Both the position numbers and the translations under genes were made by a program. Below, piece after piece: positions 19,391-29,147 of a DNA stretch of 64,000 nt (positions are counted from its first letter, which is position 1; every line of letters begins with the position of its first letter). Source of the stretch: Alphaproteobacteria bacterium (lineage in GTDB: Bacteria; Pseudomonadota; Alphaproteobacteria; CBDDJK01); assembly GCA_965229605.1 (NCBI GenBank), contig OZ245892.1, forward strand, positions 2,506,944 to 2,570,943, read 5' to 3'. The notes below the pieces were generated by a model, which did no database searches, was not told the origin of the DNA, and saw only the letters and a program-made list of their open reading frames with translations.

Positions 19391-20530
19391 TTACCCCAGC
19401 AATTCGCGCACGCGATTAGTCATCATGCGCACATCTTTCTCTGTAATCCACCATCCACAAGGCATCGAGATCTGACGATTGCTGAAATAACGTGTGTTTG
19501 GCAAATCGCAGGCACTGCCCTTGAAGGCGGTATAGAGATCATTTGGCAAATGCACTTGACCAGCCATAATCCCTTCCTGGTTTAATTGTTCCAGTATCGC
19601 ATCTCGATCAACGGACTCATCTTCGATAATTGCGGTATAAACCCAGTGGCTTGAGGTCGCTTCCTTTGGAACGGGGCAGGGAAGAATACCGTCGATTTTC
19701 TTGAAGACTTCAGTGTAAATTGAAGCGTTATAGCGGTGTGATGCTAAAATTTCATCGATGTGTGCCATCTGGGATAAACCAATAGCAGCGGAAATATTAT
19801 TCATATTGAACTTGAAACCGACTTCACCGGGAAGTACGTCTGCTTGCCATCGCTGCCCCTTCCATTCGCCTTTTTCATCCTTGTGCTCATCTCGATCATA
19901 TCCGAACCATTTCAACTTGCGTGCCAGCTTGAACTGTTCTTCATCCCGGCAAACAAGAGCTCCGCCATCACCGCAAGACAGATGCTTGATAGCTTGAAAA
20001 GAATAACAGGTAAAATCAGCAAAATCAGAAATTGAATCTCCGTTCCACTGGGCTCCTAAAGCATGCGCTGCATCCTGAACATGAAAAATGCCATGCTTCT
20101 TTGCCAGGGCATCAATTGCTTCCAGATGGTCGGGCGTTCCTGCCCAAGCCACACTGACTATACACTTGGTCTCTGGTGTAATTTTAGCTTCGATATCAGC
20201 AGGATCAATTCCGCCGGATAATCGATCAATATCAGCCCAGATGATATTGCCCCCTAAATTGATGATCGGTGTATTGCTGGCAATACAGGTCATAGCCGTT
20301 GTCACAACGTCCGTGCCAGATTCAACGCCGCACAGATGATAGGCAATCGTTAACGCACTGGTGCAGGAATTGGTCAGGACAAGTTTATCTACGCCCAGCC
20401 ATGCCGATATCTCTTTCTGGAACTGTGAGACTTGCAGGCCTTCATTGACAAAACCAGAGGCCAGAACTTCCCGCACGGCATGTGTTGCCTCGTCAACCGG
20501 CATATGGACTTTGAAAAGAGGATAAGACAT
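19391..20530 (-). CDS. DegT/DnrJ/EryC1/StrS sugar aminotransferase
   Basis: NSCTSAL, VQDAAHALG, SFQAIKHLSCGDGG, GFKFNMNNISAAIG. Confidence 0.92.
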   Translation of the reverse strand: MSYPLFKVHMPVDEATHAVREVLASGFVNEGLQVSQFQKEISAWLGVDKLVLTNSCTSALTIAYHLCGVESGTDVVTTAMTCIASNTPIINLGGNIIWADIDRLSGGIDPADIEAKITPETKCIVSVAWAGTPDHLEAIDALAKKHGIFHVQDAAHALGAQWNGDSISDFADFTCYSFQAIKHLSCGDGGALVCRDEEQFKLARKLKWFGYDRDEHKDEKGEWKGQRWQADVLPGEVGFKFNMNNISAAIGLSQMAHIDEILASHRYNASIYTEVFKKIDGILPCPVPKEATSSHWVYTAIIEDESVDRDAILEQLNQEGIMAGQVHLPNDLYTAFKGSACDLPNTRYFSNRQISMPCGWWITEKDVRMMTNRVRELLG

Positions 20531-20583
20531 GTGTGAGCCCTTAATACTTTGTGTGAACCCGTTACCAAAATAGAAGAACAGCT

Positions 20584-21612
20584 CTATTCAGGGTTATGCG
20601 TATTTATTTCCTCGATCTCTCGACCAACGAATTCACTCAAGTTCTTGTCAAGGATACCCAGAGAATCCAGATAATCAGCCAATTCACCCTGACTCATAAC
20701 ATCCTGATTAGAGTAATAATCGAACATTTCGGCGTCAAGTGAAATTGGGGCATGCGCGGGTGCCATACGATAAATATCGCCATCCAAAGTGACACGGACA
20801 GATTCAGAATTATTGATCAGACCTTCATGCATTTTTTCTCCGGGGCGAATACCCACAATCTTGATCGGCTTACCGCTTCGTTCGCTGAAAATACGGGCAA
20901 GGTCGATAATGCGCATCGCCTTTAATCGCGGCAAGAAAATTTCACCAGATCTTGCATTTTTAACGGCATTGATAATAAGGTCAATACTTTGATCCAAGGT
21001 CATGACAAAACGCGTCATATCCTTGTGAGTCACGGTCAATGCATCGCTGTTATTTGCTTGCCACTTGAAAAGCGGAATAATAGAGCCACGAGATTCCAGG
21101 ACATTACCGTAGCGGACTGCGACAAAACGAGGTGTTTCACATGAAAGATACAAGCTGGTGATCATGCGTTCCGCGATTGCTTTACACATGCCATAAACAT
21201 TTGCAGGCGCGCAGGCTTTATCAGTAGAAATTAAGTTGACGACCTTCAGCTCTGTTAAGCGATCAATGCTGCGTATCACAGCATCAGCTACATTCTTGAT
21301 GCCAAGAATATTTGTCTGGATACTTTCAAAAGGCGAGTTTTCACAAGTATCCACTTGTTTAAGAGCACTGGCGATCAAAATAATAGTCGGTCGATAGGCT
21401 GTAATCACCTCTTCAACACGCGTGTAGTCTCGAATATCGCCAATGGCGTATTTTACGGATGGATTGTTGACTTCATTCCTAATGGTCCAATGCTTCGCCT
21501 CGTCCCGTGAAAAAAGAAGGAGATCATTATCGTCTATCAAACGGCGAACCAAAGAGCGGCCTAGAGAACCAGTGCCGCCAAAAATTAAAATTTTCTCACC
21601 TGAAATATGCAA
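20584..21612 (-). CDS. NDP-sugar 4,6-dehydratase (PseB/CapD/FnlA-like)
   Basis: GGTGSLG, SRDEAK, ALKQV, STDKAC.P.NVYGMCK, RYGNVLESRGS, MTRF, GIRPGEKMHE. Confidence 0.9.
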   Translation of the reverse strand: MHISGEKILIFGGTGSLGRSLVRRLIDDNDLLLFSRDEAKHWTIRNEVNNPSVKYAIGDIRDYTRVEEVITAYRPTIILIASALKQVDTCENSPFESIQTNILGIKNVADAVIRSIDRLTELKVVNLISTDKACAPANVYGMCKAIAERMITSLYLSCETPRFVAVRYGNVLESRGSIIPLFKWQANNSDALTVTHKDMTRFVMTLDQSIDLIINAVKNARSGEIFLPRLKAMRIIDLARIFSERSGKPIKIVGIRPGEKMHEGLINNSESVRVTLDGDIYRMAPAHAPISLDAEMFDYYSNQDVMSQGELADYLDSLGILDKNLSEFVGREIEEINTHNPE

Positions 21613-21676
21613 TTTAAAGCCCCTTTTCTATCAAATGCACATTTTATAGCACAATAATATAAGCGTTAATTTTATT

Positions 21677-22126
21677 TTATCTGCTTGGAAGTTTAATTGC
21701 AATGGCCTGACCGGAAGAAAGCACAAGTGGTATTTCTGGTTTGTCTACAAAAAAATTGTCAACGGCTTCTCTCGCTCCAGGGCAACTTGGAAATCCGTAG
21801 TCATCAAAAACTATAAACCCGCCATCAAGCAGCCGATCATAAATAAATTTACAGCAATCAACAACAGACTGGTATATATCAACATCCACGTGAGCCACTA
21901 TCAATTTCTTGTCCTCCAGGCCAGTAAATGTTGCGGGGATAAAACCTTTATGAAAAATAGTTTTCTCGCCTCCAGTTACATCTATTTGGACTTGTTCCAG
22001 GTTGGTATTGCTAAAATCTCCTTCTTGATGAAAATCCTTTTCAGTATCCGCCTCAGGCATGCCTTCAAAGGTACCAAAAAGTCGTAATTTTACCGGTTGC
22101 CCTATTATTTTTTTAAAGACATTCAA
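21677..22126 (-). pseudogene. TylF/MycF-like O-methyltransferase, N-terminally truncated
   Basis: HKGFIPAT, AHVDVDIYQS, GGFIVFDDYG present; N-terminal ExG SAM motif absent; the usual FDTF motif reads FGTF. Confidence 0.65.
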
Positions 22127-22368
22127 AAAAGTCCTGCAATGTGGACAAAGGTCAAAATCTGGTATGGACTTTTGTTTTGTTTAGCATGCTTGACACACGG
22201 GTGTCATCTAGATGTCTTCTGTACTCGTTCATATTGAATCAGACATATAAGCCGTATTCTAAGTAAAATTATTGCTGGTCAGGCAAGGAGGCAAATTTTT
22301 CTTTATAAATCAGTCCTGAAAAAGTATATGGGCAAGAGGAGACATTAAAGGCTTTTAACAGGTAGATT

Positions 22369-23625
22369 ATGGCGCATATTGCATTGATTGGCGGGGGGCG
22401 GGCGGCGGCGGCCTGTGCGCGAAAACTGCGGGCATGCGGGTTTGACGGGCAGCTGTCTATTTTCTGTGCTGAAAATCACCTGCCCTATGACCGTCCGCCC
22501 CTGTCAAAAAGCTATTTAAAGTCAAAAAGCTATTTAAAGCAACAGGCTGGCTCAGAAAACCTGCTGATTTATCCGCAGAAATTCTATGATGATCAGGGTA
22601 TTTCTCTTTTCCTGTCAACCCGCATAGACCGGATTGATCCGGCCCGTAAAACCCTTTCATCCGGTACGCAGGCCTGGTCATACGACCAGCTTGTCCTGGC
22701 AACCGGGGCCAGCGCGCGTCCGTTGCCGCCCTTTCCGATGCCGGATGAAATGCCGGTCTATATCCTGCGTGATCAGAATGATGCCCATATCCTGCAACCG
22801 CACTTGCAGCCGGATCGCCAACTTTTGATAATAGGTGGCGGTTATGTCGGGCTTGAGGTCGCTGCGACCGCAACTTTGCTTGGGTTGAAAGTGACGGTTA
22901 TCGAGCGCGCCCCGCGCATTTTACAACGCGTGGCATCAGAAAACCTGTCAGTGATTGTGCGAAACCTGCACCAGGCGCATGGGGTTGAAATCAAAGAAGA
23001 TGCTTTTGTTGAGAAAATTGACCGGGATGGATCACAAAATAAGGCTCATTTAAGTGATGGCACAAAGATTAACTGCGATCTTGTTCTTGCCGGGGTCGGT
23101 GCCATGCCCAATGTTGCGCTTGCTGATTCTGCAGGAATTGAGCTTGAGAATGGCATTAGAACAGATATCTATGGACAGACATCCATTCCTTCTATCTGGG
23201 CGATTGGGGATTGCGCGTCCTTCCCGTATAAAGACTCGCGTATCCGGCTGGAAAGTATTCAAAACGCCATTGATCAGGCTGAAACCGTTGCCGAAAATAT
23301 CCTTGGGCAGCAAAAACCCTATCGCCCGGTGCCAACTTTCTGGTCCGAACAATATAAAACCATGATCCAGATTGCCGGCCTTCGGACTGAAGGGGGTGAG
23401 ACGATCCCCCGGCCCAATATCCGCCCCGATAAAGAGCCCAATGATCCGGCAGACCCTTCAGCCTCTTTCTGGTTTTATCAGGGACAGGAACTCTGTGCGG
23501 TTGAAGCGGTTGCCGATGCCAAAAGCTTTCTCTCCGCCCGTCGCTTTCTAACAGACGGCTTTTCCCCTCCGCGCGATAAAATCGCCGATCCAACCATTAG
23601 CCTCAAACAAATGCGCCCATCATAA
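22369..23625 (+). CDS. FAD/NAD(P)H-dependent ferredoxin reductase (putidaredoxin reductase-like)
   Basis: PYDRPPLSK, LVLATGA, IIGGGYVGLEVA, WAIGDCA, RLESIQNA, PTFWSEQY. Confidence 0.9.
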   Translation: MAHIALIGGGRAAAACARKLRACGFDGQLSIFCAENHLPYDRPPLSKSYLKSKSYLKQQAGSENLLIYPQKFYDDQGISLFLSTRIDRIDPARKTLSSGTQAWSYDQLVLATGASARPLPPFPMPDEMPVYILRDQNDAHILQPHLQPDRQLLIIGGGYVGLEVAATATLLGLKVTVIERAPRILQRVASENLSVIVRNLHQAHGVEIKEDAFVEKIDRDGSQNKAHLSDGTKINCDLVLAGVGAMPNVALADSAGIELENGIRTDIYGQTSIPSIWAIGDCASFPYKDSRIRLESIQNAIDQAETVAENILGQQKPYRPVPTFWSEQYKTMIQIAGLRTEGGETIPRPNIRPDKEPNDPADPSASFWFYQGQELCAVEAVADAKSFLSARRFLTDGFSPPRDKIADPTISLKQMRPS

Positions 23626-23701
23626 AAAGCCCCACGCCGTTTTTGTTGTGAATTGAATCATTATTGATATTGTATCTGATATAAAATCAGGGAGATTGAA
23701 C

Positions 23702-24655
23702 ATGAAACTGAACCTGTCAGCGCGTGTCGTTGAATATTTAGAGCAGAACCCCGAACAGAAATTTACAGCCCGGGAGATCGCCGAATGGGTATTTGAAAAT
23801 TATCCAAATGAATGTCGTGAAAAACAAGAGCGCTCCAAGGCTACTGTATACCCAATCAACGATGACGCATCACTGGTTCAGCAACTTGTTGCTGAAATTG
23901 GTACCAGGCGTCCGCGCTTGCAGAAAAAGCACCCGAAAATTAAAACCACGGAAGGTCGTCCTCGGAAATATTACTTTACTGAATCAACCGATAGTGCAGA
24001 GATTGAAAATGCTGAGAGAGACAGCTCCTCTCCGGGCGGAAGTATCAACGGCTCTAAGGGTAAAGAACAGGATCTTTACCCATTTTTATCTCAATATCTC
24101 TGGTCAGAACTCAAAGTTTATAGCAAGCGTATTAATGAAAAGCGTTCTCGTAACTCTCAGGGCCGTGATGGCAATAAATGGCTTCATCCAGATCTTGTTG
24201 GTATGCAAAACCTCAGTGAGGATTGGAACGATGAAATCAAAAATTGCGTTAGTCAATATGCTGATAAAAAAACAAAGCTCTGGTCATTTGAAGTTAAGAG
24301 ATTGATAAATAGATCAAACGTTCGTGAAAGCTTTTTTCAAACAGTAAGCAATTCTTCATGGGCTAATTTTGGCTATCTGGTTGCTGCTAGGATTGAAGGT
24401 GTTGATACGTTGAAAGAACTTCAGATGCTTTCCAGTCTGCATGGAATTGGTTTTATTAGTCTTGATGTAGAAAATCCATCTGAAAGCCAGATCATGATTC
24501 CAGCCAAAGAGCGGAGTGACATTGATTGGGATACAGCAAATAGATTAACTGAAGAAAACAAAGACTTTCTGGAATATATCAAGTCCGTTCGCATGTTTTA
24601 TCAAACAGACGTAGTAGAGGAGTCCGGCTGGGATATCAAAACGGAGCAAGACTAA
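23702..24655 (+). CDS. COG2958/HrgA-like protein (N-terminal HTH plus PD-(D/E)xK nuclease-like domain)
   Basis: EQDLYPFL, NKWLHPDLVG, WSFEVK, FFQTVSNSSWANFGYLVA. Confidence 0.85.
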   Translation: MKLNLSARVVEYLEQNPEQKFTAREIAEWVFENYPNECREKQERSKATVYPINDDASLVQQLVAEIGTRRPRLQKKHPKIKTTEGRPRKYYFTESTDSAEIENAERDSSSPGGSINGSKGKEQDLYPFLSQYLWSELKVYSKRINEKRSRNSQGRDGNKWLHPDLVGMQNLSEDWNDEIKNCVSQYADKKTKLWSFEVKRLINRSNVRESFFQTVSNSSWANFGYLVAARIEGVDTLKELQMLSSLHGIGFISLDVENPSESQIMIPAKERSDIDWDTANRLTEENKDFLEYIKSVRMFYQTDVVEESGWDIKTEQD

Positions 24656-24753
24656 TTTAGAGATTGTTCTTGGCTAATAACCTGAAAATCAATTCCTCCT
24701 TGAAGGAATTTTTCTGCTAAAACTATAAAAAGCAGGACTTAGTTTGCTCTGTC

Positions 24754-25164
24754 TTAAAATCCGCCTAAAGCCAGAATAACCCGCCAGGCATCCGGCTCAA
24801 CCGGCTGGACAGATAGACGCGACTGGCGGATCAAGGCCATATCTGATAGGGCCGGGTTGGCTTTGATCGTTGATAAATGCACCGGTTGTGGAAAAGACGA
24901 TATGGCTTTTACCCAGACCTGACCAAAGCGACCACTTTCATCGGTGGGGTCCGGTTCATAGAGTCGGATCACTTCAACGATGCCGACAATCTGCTTTTCC
25001 TTGACCGAATGGTAGAAGAAACATTGGTCTCCCAGCTGCATCTGCTTCATAAAATTGGAAGCCTGATAATTGCGCACCCCGTCCCAGTGGGTGCCTTCTT
25101 CTCCAACATCCAGCTGGTCCTGCCAGGACCAGGTGCCGGGCTCTGATTTCATCAGCCAATACAT
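24754..25164 (-). CDS. EVE domain-containing protein
   Basis: YWLMKSEP, WDGVRNYQA, FFYHS, SRLSVQPV. Confidence 0.93.
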   Translation of the reverse strand: MYWLMKSEPGTWSWQDQLDVGEEGTHWDGVRNYQASNFMKQMQLGDQCFFYHSVKEKQIVGIVEVIRLYEPDPTDESGRFGQVWVKAISSFPQPVHLSTIKANPALSDMALIRQSRLSVQPVEPDAWRVILALGGF

Positions 25165-25184
25165 CTTTTTATTCTTTCACAAGG

Positions 25185-25775
25185 TCAGGCTTTTTTATTT
25201 GCATTGGTTTCTTCGTGATAGGATTCGGCCAGTTTGATCAGTTCGCTTTCGGTATTATCTTCATCGTGGTCCAGTGCTTCTTCGGGGCGCAGTGCCACAT
25301 CGCGGGAGCGAAAGAGCTTCGGGGTCTGCAAGAGCAGAAAACCAATAGCAATCCCGACAATAACATAGCCAGCACCAGTCACTGACATTATAAAGCCGAG
25401 TTTATAGCGGTTGATTGCGTCACCCATTAGCTGCCCGTCAAGATGGAGCATCAGCAAAAGCATGCTATCGGATGAATTGGATTCGTCAAAGGCAATCTGG
25501 GAGTTTTGCAGAAACTGGTGGTAGGAAAGCTGAGCCAGATGTTCTTGCCCCAGAGCCTGATCATTGGGGCGGTTACTTTCAAGCAGTTCTGTGACGTAAT
25601 CGAATCGCGAGATATTCGATTCTTCGGCTTTTTCATCAAGTGCCTCAATCGCTTGCTGGATTGTGACCAGGCCCGCATCGACACTTTGCTGATAATAATG
25701 GGTGAAGACCGGGATCTGGGTGAATATACCGGTGAAAACAGCTATAAATGTCCAGCGCAGGATTGTTTTAAGCAA
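25185..25775 (-). CDS. DUF2937-like membrane protein
   Basis: N-terminal TM, then QIPVFTHYYQQ (QxPxFxxxYxQ), helical middle region, C-terminal TM. Confidence 0.6.
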   Translation of the reverse strand: MLKTILRWTFIAVFTGIFTQIPVFTHYYQQSVDAGLVTIQQAIEALDEKAEESNISRFDYVTELLESNRPNDQALGQEHLAQLSYHQFLQNSQIAFDESNSSDSMLLLMLHLDGQLMGDAINRYKLGFIMSVTGAGYVIVGIAIGFLLLQTPKLFRSRDVALRPEEALDHDEDNTESELIKLAESYHEETNANKKA

Positions 25776-25927
25776 AATTCCCTCCTGTAAGAAATTTTTT
25801 CTTTGCGATCAGAGCCCTGTTTATATCGGATCTCCCTAGCATTTTGTTGCTTTAGTTCACGCCGTTCTGGCTGTGTTATTTTTGTAACATATCAGAAATG
25901 CCGTGATTTTGAAACAATTTTTGCTTT

Positions 25928-26794
25928 TTAGGTCAAAAACGCATTGCCCCAGATGATGAGAGCCATCCCTAGCACGAGCCGATAAAGGACGAACGGCCAG
26001 AATCCAGAGTGCTGTAGCCAGCGGATTAAAAGTCCCATTGCCAGAAAAGCGATGAGGGCTGCCAGCAGGGCTGCCAGAAGATAGTCGGTTATGGCAAGAG
26101 GGAGCGCATTTATGGCTCCCACCCCTGTGCCAGAAAACTGTTTGCTTATTCCCAGAGTGAGGGCGCCACCAATGGTTGGAATGGCGAGGAGAAAGGAAAA
26201 GCGCATGGCTGCTGCCCGGTCGATTGACAGGAAGCGAGCGGCGGTAACGGTAATGCCAGAGCGGCTGACCCCTGGAATAATGGCAAGCATTTGCCACAGG
26301 CCGATCCATAAGGCGTGTTGCCAGGTTAATTCATCAAGCGATTTTTGTGTTTTTGATTGGCGATTGCCATACAAGTCTGCGATCCCGAGCAACAGGCCAA
26401 AGCCAAGGGTTGTCGTCCCGATCAAGACCGGATTGCGGGCCATGCTGGCAACCCAGTTATGCAGGATAAAGCCTGCAATCACCACTGGCAGGGTTGCAAG
26501 GATCAGCAAAAAAGCCATTTTTTCGCCGTTATCGGGGATAGAGGATAGAGCATCCCGCCCAAAGATGCGCCTCCAAAAACTGGAAACTCCACGTATCATA
26601 CTTACACATTCACGGCGGCAATAGACCAGCACCGCCAGCAATGTGCCGCCATGCACGGCAATATCAAAGGCCAGCCCCTGATCGGGCCAGCCAAAAACCG
26701 GGGCCACCAAAGCCAGATGGCCAGACGAACTGATCGGCAGAAATTCGCTCAGACCTTGGAGGAGCGCAAGAAAGGCAAGATGGAAGAAATCCAT
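25928..26794 (-). CDS. uppP: Undecaprenyl-diphosphate phosphatase
   Basis: QGLSEFLPISSSGHL, HGGTLLAV, IPGVSRSGIT, RFSFLLAIP. Confidence 0.95.
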   Translation of the reverse strand: MDFFHLAFLALLQGLSEFLPISSSGHLALVAPVFGWPDQGLAFDIAVHGGTLLAVLVYCRRECVSMIRGVSSFWRRIFGRDALSSIPDNGEKMAFLLILATLPVVIAGFILHNWVASMARNPVLIGTTTLGFGLLLGIADLYGNRQSKTQKSLDELTWQHALWIGLWQMLAIIPGVSRSGITVTAARFLSIDRAAAMRFSFLLAIPTIGGALTLGISKQFSGTGVGAINALPLAITDYLLAALLAALIAFLAMGLLIRWLQHSGFWPFVLYRLVLGMALIIWGNAFLT

Positions 26795-26835
26795 GCGCTT
26801 ACGCCTTTAATCCGGGTAACGTGCCTGAACGATAT

Positions 26836-26884
26836 AAAAAAGGGATGAAACAGGCTTGACCCTGCTCCATCCCTTTTATTTTTA
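26836..26884. terminator. Rho-independent terminator downstream of the TRAP SBP gene
   Basis: AAAAGGGATG...CATCCCTTTT inverted repeat with A/T tails on both sides. Confidence 0.6.
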
Positions 26885-26928
26885 TATGGACACTATTCAC
26901 ATGATCACGATGTGAACAGGCAAAACAC

Positions 26929-28095
26929 CTAGAATTTCACCAGAGCTCGCTTGGTCATATAGGCCCCGTCAGAAAGCGCGGTCCAGCCGATGACCTTGCG
27001 GCGGAATTCGATGAAATTATCGAAGATTCTTTTGCCGATATCATCTTCGGCAGCAGTTTCTTCCATAACTTCTTTGGATTTTTCACCAAAGGCACGGAAG
27101 ATATCATCGCTGAACTGGCGCAACTGAACACCATGTTCATTGATCAATGTATCCAGCGCATCAGCATTTTTGGCGTTATATTCGGCAAGCAGCCGGTTAT
27201 TTTCGTCATTTGCACAGGCTTTGATCAAAGCCTGATCAGAGGCCGAGAACGAATCCCAGACCGCCTTGTTAAAGCCGACCGACAAGGTTGATCCTGGCTC
27301 ATGGAAGCCCGGATAATAATAGTATTTGGTGACTTTATAGAAGCCGAAAGCCAGGTCATTCCACGGTCCGACCCACTCGGTTGCGTCGATTGCCCCCGAT
27401 TGCAGGGAGGGGAAGATTTCCCCGCCGGGCAGCGCAACGGCAGAGGCCCCAAGTCGGCGCAGGACTTCACCGCCCAGGCCGGGCATACGCATCTTGAGGC
27501 CTTTCAAGTCTTCAACCGAGTTGATTTCTTTATTGAACCAGCCGCCCATCTGAACGCTGGTATTGCCGCACGGCAGACCTTTGATGTTGAAGCCTGCGGC
27601 GAGTTCATCCCATAATTCCTGTCCGCCGCCATGATGAAGCCAGGCATCATTTTCATTGGCTGTAAGCCCGAACGGCACGGCGGTATAGAAGTTAAAGGCC
27701 TTGTTCTTGCCTTGCCAGTAATATTCGGCCGCATGATAGAGGTCGGCTGTCCCCTTGGAGACCGCATCAAAACTTTCAAACGGCGGCACCAGTTCCCCGG
27801 CGGCATAAAGTTTGATCGTCAAACGTCCATCGCTTGCGCTGGTGACCAGATCGGCGAAACGCTGTGCGCCGGTTCCCAACCCGGGGAAGTTTTTCGGCCA
27901 GGTGGTGACCAGTTTCAGCTCGCGTTTGCCAGAGGCAACAGCCGGAGCTTCAACCGCAGCTTCTTCTTCTTTTTTCTCGCAGGCAGCAAGAGCCAGGGCC
28001 CCAACCCCGGCGGCGGCCCCGCCCAGTATAAATTTACGGCGTTCCAGGGTTTTTCCCTCGTTTTTTTCTGTTACTTTTTCTTCTTTTTTTTCCAT
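26929..28095 (-). CDS. TRAP transporter substrate-binding protein (DctP/TakP family), Tat lipoprotein
   Basis: ERRKFI Tat motif, LALAAC lipobox, VTTWPKNFPGLG, GLKMRMPGLGG, DATEWVGP. Confidence 0.92.
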   Translation of the reverse strand: MEKKEEKVTEKNEGKTLERRKFILGGAAAGVGALALAACEKKEEEAAVEAPAVASGKRELKLVTTWPKNFPGLGTGAQRFADLVTSASDGRLTIKLYAAGELVPPFESFDAVSKGTADLYHAAEYYWQGKNKAFNFYTAVPFGLTANENDAWLHHGGGQELWDELAAGFNIKGLPCGNTSVQMGGWFNKEINSVEDLKGLKMRMPGLGGEVLRRLGASAVALPGGEIFPSLQSGAIDATEWVGPWNDLAFGFYKVTKYYYYPGFHEPGSTLSVGFNKAVWDSFSASDQALIKACANDENNRLLAEYNAKNADALDTLINEHGVQLRQFSDDIFRAFGEKSKEVMEETAAEDDIGKRIFDNFIEFRRKVIGWTALSDGAYMTKRALVKF

Positions 28096-28221
28096 CACTT
28101 TCTCCCTTTTATATATAGTGCGATTTTAACTTTATGTCCGGTTTGTTTAACTGCCTATTCCCATGCCATGATCAGGCCGGGTCGTCAACAGGCCAGAAAT
28201 TATATCCCGGGAAATTATATT

Positions 28222-29067
28222 TTAGGCCCGTCCGGTGACGGTATCGATCAGGTTGCGGACTTCATCGACGTGATCAAGATTGATCATGCCGACGGTATGA
28301 TATCCTGCATCGACATGGTGGTTTTCGCCGGTGACGCCAGAGGCAAGGTCTGACAAGAGATAAAGACCGGCAGCCCCGACATCATCGATGGTGACGTTGC
28401 GTTGTAGAGGCGAATTGAGGGCATTCCAGCGCAGGATAGCGCGAAAATCGCCGATTCCGCTGGCAGCGAGGGTTTTGATTGGCCCGGCGGAGAGGGCATT
28501 GACTCGCACCCCTTCTGCGCCAAGATCGCTTGCCAGATAACGGACCGAGGCCTCAAGGGCGGCTTTTGCGACCCCCATGACGTTATAGTGTGGCATCACC
28601 CGCTCGGCCCCATAATAGGTCAGAGTCAAAGCGGCTGATCCCGGCTTCATCATCGGGCGGGCAAGGCGCATAATTTCGGTAAAGGAATAGCAGGAAATAT
28701 CCATTGTGCGCAGGAAATTTGCTTTGCTGGTTGCGATATATTTGCCTTTCAACTCATCCTTGTCGGAAAAAGCGACCGCATGCACCAGAAAATCAAGCTG
28801 CCCCCAGGTCTTTTCGATCTCGGTCATCATGCGGGTGATCTGGTCTTCTTCGGTGACATCGCAGTCAAATAAAAGGCTGGCGTCAAGCGTTTTAGCCAGC
28901 GGGATCACCCGTTTGCCAAGGGCTTCTCCCTGATAGGTGAAGGCCAGTTCTGCCCCGGCCTGACGCAAAGCCCGCGCCACGCCCCAGGCGATAGACCGGT
29001 CATTGGCAACACCCAGGACCAGGCCCTTTTTGCCTTTCATAAGCTGTGCGCTTTGATTTTCTGTCAT
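28222..29067 (-). CDS. fabI: Enoyl-ACP reductase
   Basis: GVANDRSIAWG, YNVMGVAKAALE, SAGPIKTLAASGI. Confidence 0.96.
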   Translation of the reverse strand: MTENQSAQLMKGKKGLVLGVANDRSIAWGVARALRQAGAELAFTYQGEALGKRVIPLAKTLDASLLFDCDVTEEDQITRMMTEIEKTWGQLDFLVHAVAFSDKDELKGKYIATSKANFLRTMDISCYSFTEIMRLARPMMKPGSAALTLTYYGAERVMPHYNVMGVAKAALEASVRYLASDLGAEGVRVNALSAGPIKTLAASGIGDFRAILRWNALNSPLQRNVTIDDVGAAGLYLLSDLASGVTGENHHVDAGYHTVGMINLDHVDEVRNLIDTVTGRA

Positions 29068-29147
29068 AAAAAGACCATTGTTTTTGATGGGTTCAATTTA
29101 CCCAATTTAAAGGGATATGGGCGTTAAAGGCAAGTCTTTTCGTATTT

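Noticed and set aside
18600-21668. 9-bp inverted pair TAACGCTTA / TAAGCGTTA around the sugar islet as mobile-element ends
   Set aside because: Too short, a similar word occurs near 6752, it excludes the TylF fragment, and there is no transposase
26896-26916. TTCACAT..ATGTGAA palindrome as a regulator site
   Set aside because: It lies just downstream of the TRAP gene stop beside a terminator; no assignable factor
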